Shown here piece by piece: positions 53,891 through 64,000 of a stretch of DNA of 64,000 nt; position 1 is the stretch's first letter, and each line of letters begins with the position of its first letter. Position numbers and translations under genes: made by a program. The stretch is from Eledone cirrhosa (Eukaryota): positions 37,696,001 through 37,760,000 of the forward strand of contig OZ024751.1 of the NCBI GenBank assembly GCA_964016885.1. Reading direction: 5' to 3'. The notes beneath the pieces were generated by a model. That model was not told the origin of the DNA. It saw nothing but the letters and a program-made list of their open reading frames with translations, and made no database searches.

Positions 53891-56800
53891 TCTATCTATG
53901 TACTTATGTATGTATGTACGTTCGTACATATGCATGTATGTACATATTAACACACATATATATGCATGTATGTACGTATTCACACAATGAAATCAGATTT
54001 TTCACCTTTGTTACGCTAGATTACACATTGTCGCATTTCAAACCCACTAAATTAAATTTTTATTCAAATTAGATTTAACCATGTATACACGTATTTCATC
54101 AAAAGAAGACATACATTTTAATATTTTAATTCCCAATTTGAAATATATATGAAGAAGCATATAATAGTTGGCGACTTGTTTAAATAAAACATCTGAAAAT
54201 AAATTGGATGAAGAGATTGAATCTACCTAGGCGTACAGCTGTAGAATCAAAGTCACAGAGCTACACATGAACATAGATGGAGAGAATGAGAAACAGGAAG
54301 GAGCGATAAAGAAAAGAAGAGATATGATAGCGAACGAGTTAGTAAGAGAGGAAGAAATGGATCTGCCGATAGACACATAAGCTGTTTGAAATAGGGAGAA
54401 ATATAGAGTTGTTTTCTTTTTAGAATTTTGTACAGAAATTCATAAGAAGATAGAAGGCTAATTAGATGTATACAGAAAAAAGCTGAGGGTGAGAAGGTTG
54501 AGCAATTTGTATCTGTGTTCTATGCAATGGTATGGGAAGAAAAGATCATAAAGAAGGCTTTGAACATTAGATAGAAACTGTGCTTATGAAAAAGGAATGT
54601 TCAATCGAATAATGCATTGGACTTTGTAGGATGAGTTGTGTTGAAATAGAAAGAGGTAAAGGTGAAGAAATGAAGTGACAGATAGATATCACAGCTCTGT
54701 ACTTCAGACATGGGGTCACAATATATCACCAAAAAATCACTAGACAGATTTAACAGACATTGACAACAGGCAGAAGACCGAAATTTAGACCCCCCCCCCT
54801 CCCAAGAAACATGGGTAGATAACATCCATGAGTTCAGACATTTGTTTCTGATAGTAAACACTTGTTATGAAAAATACCTTCATCATATTTTAGTTATCTA
54901 TATTTAGTTATCTTCCTTAGACCATGATTGAACAGCATTCAGCTAAGAATGTAGAGAGACAGCAGCAGAGACGAAGGTGTATTTCCGAATGTAGAAATAC
55001 TTTGAAATAAATAAATATATATATACATATAAACAAAGTTATATGAAAAACAACAACAACAACAAAAACGTAGAAAGTGAGGACAAACAAAGAAGTAAAT
55101 GAAAAACGACAGATGTATAAGAGGAGGGATATATTTATATTATATAGAGTACAGGAAAAACTGCTGATGTGTGGTAAAGCAAATACACAAAATGCAATAA
55201 AGTAAAATACAGATGAAAAGTGCAAACAGTTCCTCAAATAGGTTCAAGTTCTTTTATCAATATTGAAAAAAAGGAAACCAAAAGCGAAAATTATAATAGG
55301 AAACAATACAATTTTCTAATCGTCTTAGGTATTTCTAGATAAAAAAAAATCTTTGAAGAACACTGGGCAATTAAAGAGCCTTTGACAGAACATGCCGGTT
55401 AAAAGGGAGAATTCTAGATATCCATAGGATAGTATAAGGCTTCGGCTTACTTCTAAAAGATAGAAGAATTTCAAAGAAATTCTACTCATATATGAACTTG
55501 CATGTATCTAACCTGTGGGCAGAAAAAACATTTTTTCTTGTTTTGGGTTCTTTTTAAAGATAAATATATTTTCGTGACGGTATCTTGAAACTATCTTTTT
55601 CTTTAAATATATCAGGTTGGTGAGAAAGAATGAAGAATGTTTCACAGGAGATAAACAGCATGACCCAAACTCACTCGAATATAGTGAGGGAAATTCTACT
55701 AGTGAACGCAGTAATTTAAAGTATTGTGACACATAGATCTTTAATTGACATATATACTGTGTGAGAGAGAAAGAGAGGTAGTGTTTTTGCTAACGAGAGG
55801 ACCGAAAGACGTGAGATATATATATATGTGTGTATTGTAAAGTACTTTTCGTTAAATCTAAAGAGGTTTGTTTAATTTAGTCTACCAACTTCACTTTCGC
55901 ACAATATACCAACTTTTGTTGAGTCACAATGAAAATTTGGCACTATCACAATTAAAGTTTTGTAGCATTCTATTATAACGCCTTGAAAGAAAGACAATTT
56001 CATATATGAATGCTATACATATTCTGTCCCTTTATTCTCCCCTTGTTTTTCTTTCTTTTCTCTTCTTTCACCTCTCTCTCATTCAATCTCGAACTCTTTG
56101 TCTCTCCCTTTCTCTCACTAAATATCTCTCTTCTTCAATATCTATTTCTATCTCAAACTCGGTTATAAGGTTTATAAAAGACGGGTTACATTTTCACACG
56201 TTTATAGATAGTCTTGTGCCTACGAAATATAATTACTTTCACCACATATAATGTGGTTTATTAAGCAACACTTACTTTTATTTCTTCCTGCATCTATTTA
56301 ACGTTGTAAATTCCATCCAAACCTTGTCTTTATTCTCGTAAATATATAATAATTTATATAGAACAGAACTGTTATATAACTCTATATAATGTTTAAGTAT
56401 GTGTAATCTTAAACATCTTTGAGTAGATGTGATGGGAATCTAGAAGTGAGACACATAGTAATCCTTCACTGTTAGAGAAATCTCACAGTAACGAACGTAG
56501 GGCTATGTTAAAAAAATTGCTTTCCTTTTTACTACTTTGATTATTTGTGTACCCACCACTGAGGAATGAAGATTGTCCTTGTAATTTCGTAACTATTACT
56601 AATATTGTTGCTGTTATAATATGTTGCAGTTTCTACTCTATTTTGTATTCATGCAAACCGAAAATAGTTGCAAATAGATGCTAAATCTATTTCCTATTCC
56701 AAATTGTGTTTGGTAAAAAATGCAAGTTACAAATAACGACTTCACATAAAATCCACCTACGTCGTTCACATTGATGTATATTTATCTATCATGCGGGTTA

Positions 56801-57776
56801 TCTTTTGTGTCTTAAATTATATATTAGGGACTATAATGCCAGATCCTATATCCGTGTGGTTTTGGTTTATCTGCCAAAATTACTACCAAAACCTTCATAG
56901 GACGGATCACATCGAGGAAACCTAAGATCAAAGGCGTTTGAGTTTTGACTATCTCACCTATATATACACTAGAGTGTGTAATATTACATTATATATTATT
57001 TCCTTACCATTTTAAGTTGATAGGCTTGGATTTGAGGAAGATTTAGCTACTGAATCTAGCATTTCAAAACGATAAACTCATTCTTACCAATTGGCTATAT
57101 TTATACAGAAGTAGCTGATCCTTAGCTACTATAGAAGATACTAATAAGATCAAAGTGAATTTGTAATAATGTGATATGTAACACTGTGATAAATTATTCA
57201 GTAAAATATAATGAGAATGAATCCCTCTCTGTGTATTTATGAGCACTCGCATATATTTATGTCGGCCTGACAGTTGATCTGCATATACTCTGTATATCTC
57301 TCCTCCATTCAATCCGCCATTCTTTTTCTCTCTGTCAATCCATCATTCACCGTTCACCATCTCACAATGTAACACACCCTCCCTCACACTCTCTCTTTTC
57401 CCTCTCACTTTCTATCTCACTATGTAACATCCTCTCTGTCTATTTCTCCCCCTCTCTATCTCCCTTTGTAACACAATCTCTCTCACTACGTAACATCGCC
57501 TCTCCCTATCTCTCTTTCACTAAGTAATACATTCACTCTCCAACTCACAATACCAAATATGCTCTCCCCATCACTCTATCTTTCTAACCATCACCGTCTC
57601 AACCTCCATTTGTCCTTCCTTCTCTCTGTAACAATCTATATATCTATGTACAAAGCTATGGTTATATCCATATGTCTATCATCCAGTGTCTCGCTCTACA
57701 GCTACCTTTCTCCCACACTCTTCTCCTCTCTCTTTGTGTCTATCTATCTCTCTATCTCTCTATCTATCTATCTATC

Positions 57777-58096
57777 AGAGAGGTGCTCTACCCCAGCAAG
57801 TTTTATGAAAGGTGGGTGAAAGTAGCGAGAATGGCCTGTGTGAATGGGCCTTCTCTCTTTATCAGCCTGTAGGTGGAAAGGTGGAAGTTGAAAGGAGCAC
57901 CCCCTTTCTGTGCTCCTAAGGAAAAGGGTTGCACACTTTTTCGGGGGTGTGTGTAACCCCCCAAACGCCTCCTCCCTATTGAGGACTGTATTATTAATTT
58001 TATATTTGTTATTTGTTTTTTTACTCGTTCCTTTATGTACCCCCCCCCCTTGTATTTGTTCCCTTCTTTTGTGCCCTCGATGCAAATAAATAGAAA
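57777..58096 (+). mobile_element. Shorter 5'-truncated copy of the Tx1/L1 element in (TCTA)n
   Basis: EVLYPSKFYERWVKVARMACVNGPSL plus 3'UTR, homologous to 43153-43496. Confidence 0.85.
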
Positions 58097-58495
58097 CTTA
58101 TCTTTCTATCTATCTATTTATCTATCTGTCTCCCTTTCAGTCTCAGATTTAACCCTTTGCCTATCTATCATACACTATATTATCTCACGCCCTTTGATAT
58201 CCGATATATATCACAACGAATCCCAGCCTGTTATTTGCTATGATCTTCACTAGATCTCACAGATTGATAACCTATACATCTCTATATTTACCTGCAGGTC
58301 ATTCTATATATCTATGTTACTCTTATACTCAACCTTTCTCATACTTCATTCATATCAACTCTATTTCTTTCGTTTTTCCATCATTTGCAATTTACTAACA
58401 TATTCGTTTTCTATCTGTGTCTTTTCATACACAAACTAACAATATCAAACGCCCTTTTGGCTGAAGAATTGCTGCCATTCCACCTTTTCTCTCGC

Positions 58496-58566
<71 letters not shown>

Positions 58567-58568
<2 letters not shown>

Positions 58569-58661
58569 GCTTCTACAGGATTAGAACTGTTTCATTCGGG
58601 AGAAATCATGAGGTCCTGATAATTTCTCCTGAATGAAACAGTTCTAGTCATGTAGAAGCCT
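58567..58661. repeat. Family F ~40-bp-arm hairpin containing a hammerhead-like 3' half
   Basis: aggcttctaca..gggagaaat / atttctcct..tgtagaagcct. The right arm reads stem-GAAA-CAGUUCUAG-UC. Confidence 0.6.
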
Positions 58662-58756
58662 GCCTTTCTATATTAAATATTTATACTCTGCTTAGTATTG
58701 AATAACTTACTTACTGTGGTTACCCCCGATTGAACCCGGGATTAACATATATATAT

Positions 58757-59406
58757 ATATAAGTATGTACACGTACATACATATATGTATACAGACATAC
58801 AGTAGTATGTATATATATACATACATGCGCACATATATATATATATGTACGTATGGATTCACCGAACATTTATTATAATGCTCGGTGTGTTTGTAAACAA
58901 ACATCCCGTATAAAGCCGTAGTGTCCAGCAACCATCGTAGCTCGTTTGCTCAACACTGACAAAGGAACGCTGTGCTAGTTTCAAGCTTATTAGCTATCGT
59001 CAGCAACGTATACCTTCATGCCAGATTGTTGAACGTATATACTTACCTTATGCATTTTAACGGCTGAGTAGCGCAATTTGCATATCGAGTGGGTTAATCG
59101 GCCGGGTGCACCGAAAACGATAAACGGAAAAAATGAAACGAAATTTCATTCCCCACTCTTAGTACGGCTGTTACTATAATATATCCTTTGTCAGTGTTGA
59201 ACAAACGAGCTACGATGGTTGCTGGACACTACGGCTTAATACGGGATGTTTGTTTACAAACACACCGAGCATTATAATAAATGTTTGGTGAATCCATACG
59301 TACATATATATATGTGTGCATGTATGTATATATATATACATACTACTGTACGTCTGTATAGATATATGTATGTACGTGTACATACTTATATTTAAGTAAC
59401 AGCCGT
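58757..59406. mobile_element. Family D copy D2: one near-complete permuted monomer (58757-59175) plus an inverted arm (59184-59406)
   Basis: Near-identical to D1. Hammerhead on the minus strand at 58967-59009 with the triplet mutated to GCA. Confidence 0.85.
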
Positions 59407-59677
59407 TGTTAAGCATCATTCTTCATCTTTACCTTTTCCCCTTTCCTTCTTTCAAGGTTTCATATCGATTCCCACTCTCTATAATCGTTTATAATATCAC
59501 CTTCCTTATCATATTCTCTCCCCTCCACTCTATCTCTCAGTCTCTCTATATCTATCTATCTAGCCCCCTCTCTCTCCTTCCCTCTGGCTGTTTTTATCTA
59601 CGTATCTCTTCCTCTCCTCTTAATAATTTCCTTCTGCCTCTCTCCTTCTTAACCTAATTCCTTTCAGTATCTCTTAC

Positions 59678-59980
59678 GAGGTTGACTTTGCCTTTCATCC
59701 TTACGTGGTTGATTAAATAAAGTACCAGAAATGCACTGGGGTAATTGCTGGCCTTGTGCCTAAAGTAGAAACAATTATCTCTTACACACACGGGCGGGTG
59801 ATTGGCAGAATCGGTAGAGGGTCGGACGCCATGCTTTGACGCATAGAGTTACGGTCCTTGTCATTGTGAGTTCAAATCCGGCCGGTGTTAACTTTGCCTT
59901 TCATCCTTTCGGGGTCGATAAAATAAAGTACCAGTAATGTACTGGATAATTGCTTGCCTTGTGCCAAATGTAGAAACAAT
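59678..59980 (+). mobile_element. Two tandem SINE copies (partial 59678-59778, near-full 59792-59980)
   Basis: Main SINE family; B-box gagttcaaatcc. Confidence 0.8.
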
Positions 59981-60182
59981 TACCTCTTACACACACATAG
60001 ACATATACAGAAACATCCGCACAAATACGCACAAAAATATATATATATACATACATATGAACCAGCGGGTACACACACACACACGCACACACACAAATAT
60101 ACATATATACATACATATGAACCAGCGGGTACACACACACACACACGCACACACACACATACATATAAATATATATATATAT

Positions 60183-60570
60183 GCAAAAGTTTTATTTAAA
60201 ATTTTGGGTTACAACAAGTAAATATTTTATAACTGATATAAAGCACTCGACAAGTTTTGGGAGTAGATATACGATATTAAACAAATGGAAACTATATTTA
60301 TAAAACCATATTTATTTCATTATACATATTTCAGGGATACCATATTAAAAATATGGCATGCCTTCGTCAGATAAAATACAATATATAAACAGTCTTATAA
60401 ATAATTTTGGTCGCTTTTAATAGGGTACGTCAAAATTATTTATAAAGCTGTTTATATATTGTATTTTATCTGACGAAGGCATGCCATATTTTTAATATGG
60501 TATCCCTGAGATATGTATAATGAAATAAATATGGTTTTATAAATATAGTTTCCATTTATTTAATATCGTA
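60183..60570. mobile_element. Family A fold-back, copy A2; hammerheads at 60313-60378 (-) and 60462-60527 (+)
   Basis: CUGACGA variant in both arms; the + copy has GAAA>GAGA. Confidence 0.85.
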
Positions 60571-61300
60571 TATATATATATATATATACCCGCTGATTCA
60601 GTCTCTTTCTTGCTCTGCCTTCCAACTAGTCAGTCGGCGGTTGCATTAAGCCCTAAGATATGTTATCAGCACGAGCCAGCGGGCGTGAGACCGTTATAGG
60701 AACTCCTGATGTGTAGCCTGACAACCTTTTAATACCGAGAGCCTTGATGTTGTGTAGCACACAACCAGACATACACACATATATATATATATTTATACAC
60801 ACACACGTGTATATATATATACACATGTATATATAAATATATATGTTATGGAATACTGTTAGCTTCTCGCTACAACAATTTCTATACTTTTCATTTATAT
60901 ATAAATATAAATATGTATATATATATGCATGCTTATACACATACATACATATATATACATAAGTATATATACACACATATATATGTGCACATATACATAC
61001 ATATATATATATATATACATATACACACACATGTGCATATATATAGAGAGAGAGAGGAGGGGGGCAGGTAGAGAAGAGAGAGAAAGAGAAGAAAGAGAGG
61101 AAGGGGTAATGTGATGAGGGTGGATCCCACATAGATACACAAGGAAAAGAGATAAAGTAAGTATGAAAGGTGGAAGTAATAAAAGTAAAAACAAAAGAGA
61201 GTAGAGTGATACAGCAGGACTGGTAACATGAAAGGTAGGGGAGGGAGGGAGAGGGAGAGAGGAACATACTAGAGAGAATATAGTGGATATATATATATAC

Positions 61301-61436
61301 AAGAAGAAGGAGAAGAAGAAGAAGAAGAAGAAGAAGAAGAAGAAGAAGAAGAAGAAGAAGAAGAAGAAGAAGAAGAAGAAGAAGAAGAAGAAGAAGAAGA
61401 AGAAGAAGAAGAAGGCGAAGGCGAAGAAGAAGAAGA
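61301..61436. repeat. (GAA)n microsatellite
   Basis: Direct inspection. Confidence 0.95.
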
Positions 61437-61469
61437 CTATTGCAGAAAGTAATATATATATATATATAT

Positions 61470-62154
61470 GTAGAGGTTATATTTAATTTGTTGGGATACA
61501 ACAAGCAAATATTTTTATAACTGATATAAAGCACTCAACAAAAGTTTGGAGTAAAAATACAATATATTAACAAATGGAAACTATATTTATAAAAGCATAT
61601 TTATTTCATTATACATATTTCAAGGACACCAAAGCAAATTATGGTGCGCTTTCATCAGATAAAATATTTATTTATTTATTTATCTATCCATGCTATATTT
61701 ATCCACTATATATTTATCTTTTCGCTTCAACATCTCATAAAATTACGTTAATACAACACTCTCTCACTTAGGGTTTTATCTCTTTCTCTTTCTTTTGTTT
61801 TTCTTATTCCTTTTCCTTTTCTTTTTTTTTTGTTTTCCTTCTTTGGGTTTGCTCTTTCTTTCTCTTTTTCTTTTTTCCCTATTCCAACGGCTTAATTTAA
61901 ATGTACGGGATTTAAACCTCTCCGACACTAATTTGCATAATAGACCAATAATAAAATTAGTAACCCCACTATCCGGGAGCTTCCAACAGACATGGTCGCA
62001 TTCCTTCAAGGGTATGTCAATATTTGTTTATAAAACTGATCTATATTATATTTTATCTGATGAAAGCGCACCATAATTTGCTTTGGTGTCCTTGAAATAT
62101 GTATAATGAAATAAATATGGTTTTATAAATTTAGTTTCCATTTGTTAATATATT
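61470..62154. mobile_element. Family A copy A3; hammerheads at 61602-61666 (-) and 62049-62113 (+), ~380-bp spacer
   Basis: Tail, inverted arms and (TA)n flanks; both cores are intact. Confidence 0.85.
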
Positions 62155-62260
62155 ATATATATATATATCAGGATTAATATGTATGGGAATCCATATTTTT
62201 CATGAAGTGGTAAGACAATTAAAAGCTCATTGCAATTATACGTGCGTGGATGTAATAGAT

Positions 62261-62290
<30 letters not shown>

Positions 62291-62293
<3 letters not shown>

Positions 62294-62481
62294 AACAAGT
62301 AAGACCCCGACGGCTGAGCTCAAGCCGTTTCGACGGCTAATTCTGGACTGGGTTAGCCGTCGAAACGGCTTGAGCTCAGCCGTCGGGGGTCTTACTTGTT
62401 CCTATTACCCACTCTACTACCCTAAGTATTGAGTACTTTGGTGCGTTATGGTCCACCTGGTTCCTTACCACATTTCCTTTG

Positions 62482-62484
<3 letters not shown>
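62291..62484. mobile_element. Family C fold-back element, copy C4 (opposite orientation)
   Basis: Inverted arms 62291-62405, then a tail to 62484; (TA)n flanks. Confidence 0.85.
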
Positions 62485-62526
<42 letters not shown>

Positions 62527-63100
62527 CTACAGCTGTCACTCGTAATCGAATGTACCTTGAGAGTATGCATCATGTTTCTTTAAGGGCTTTATTTGCCCAT
62601 ACAGTCTGAAGTACTTATGGACATGACCTCCAAGATGCGGTCCTTGATTTTACGGAACATCCCGGTGTGATAGCTGAAAAGTGTGAGGTCTACACCAGCT
62701 CTGAAGTCGTACGTTCTTTATTAATACAAAAACAATGAATGTTGTACTTAGAACGCAAAGAACTGAAACGAATACAGCAAAGTATTCTATCCGACGTTTA
62801 TGATGGTTGGATAACATCCATGAACTTGGTTGCGCATGGTTGGGGATCCAGCTGGATCAGTTGGCTACAGCTACTTCTGACAAGACCCGCTGGAAGGTGT
62901 GTTTGAGGACTCAGCCCCCAATGCCCTCTCAGAAATAAGAGGGCGAAGAAAAAGAAAAAGGACTATAAAAATTACAGTAGACATTGTATATTGATATTTT
63001 TCTGTTCAATTTTCTGTAATATGTGGGGTTTTATCAGATATGAGCAAGCACTTTATCTAGTGGGGGTTTCGTTCACTGGGGACGTTTGTCCTGGTGTTTT

Positions 63101-63138
<38 letters not shown>

Positions 63139-63397
63139 TTTTTGTATACCCATATTGACTTGCTTCATGTTAGCTCAATGACCTGTCTATCAAAAAAAAT
63201 CTTCTTTGCATTATACGGACAAATATTTTCCCTTCATGAAACTACTAGAAAGTGGAACATCAAATAAGACATGCTAACATATAAAATATGTCTGTGTTTA
63301 CATATCTATTTCTCAAAACTTCGTCTAAAACATGTACAGCTTTTCTACACAATACTTATTTGTATATCCATAAGTTTTCATTCATCTATCTATCTAG

Positions 63398-63436
<39 letters not shown>

Positions 63437-64000
63437 TATGTGTGTGTAGAGAGAGAGAGATAGTGAGAGAGAGATACATAGATAGAGAGACAGATAGATA
63501 TGTTTTGTATGTGTTCTGGTAAGTATGTGTGTCTGAGAAAGAGGATGAGAGAAAGAGAGAGGGGAGGAACACTGGGTAAAAGAGACAGAGAGAGAGATAG
63601 AGTGAGTGGTTTCTGTGTATAAATGCCCCTATCGTCTATACATCTACCAAATTATCCCCTGTCTCTTCTCTTCTGTTTTTATGTCTTTCTCTGTCATCTC
63701 TTAACATTTCACATAAAACGAAAAATATTTTATTGAAACAGTATATGTCAATTTGTCAAATTACAAAGAAATCCAAGTGATTTGATTTGGTATTAGTCTT
63801 TATGGTTTTCTCTCTTGAAATATTCTTCCATTTGTTTAACTCCTGACTAAGTCTGATAGAAACAGCAGCAGACTATGGTGTAGATAATATTTGCAAGGTT
63901 ATGGATATTTCTTATGATTTCAAACAAGATTAGACAAAAATTGATTTCCTACATCAGAATAAATCTCCATATTTTATAGAGCTACTACATCTTACAATGA

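Noticed and set aside
60653-61534. 293-aa poly-Leu and poly-Lys ORFs
   Set aside because: Produced by (GAA)n and AT microsatellites.

Overview
Eukaryotic, AT-rich, repeat-dominated non-coding DNA. The tRNA-derived SINE families and dense (TA)n/(CA)n microsatellites resemble a cephalopod (Octopus-like) genome; this is an inference from recalled SINE sequences. I cannot support any intact host gene, and almost all ORFs in the track are microsatellite translations. The window holds a 17.9-kb satellite of a 16-bp unit (17012-34877), many SINEs, 5'-truncated RTE and Tx1/L1 LINE ends, small MITEs and a tRNA-Asn pseudogene. The most interesting signal is a set of at least 5-7 families of short non-coding elements (about 15 insertions), most sitting in (TA)n tracts. 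Families A, B, D and E carry minimal type-I hammerhead ribozymes (CUGANGA / stem II / GAAA / palindromic stem III / NUH), with compensatory base changes between copies of A and B. Families C and F carry only the 3' half of the motif. Most copies are asymmetric fold-backs: one arm ends at (TA)n and the inverted arm carries an extra 65-90 nt tail. Family D occurs in three circular permutations of a ~420-nt unit, as expected for a retrozyme with a circular or multimeric RNA intermediate. Four families share an ACTC..GAGT-type tail hairpin. Together this looks like a (TA)n-targeting Penelope-like/retrozyme system. All alignments and folds were done by eye.
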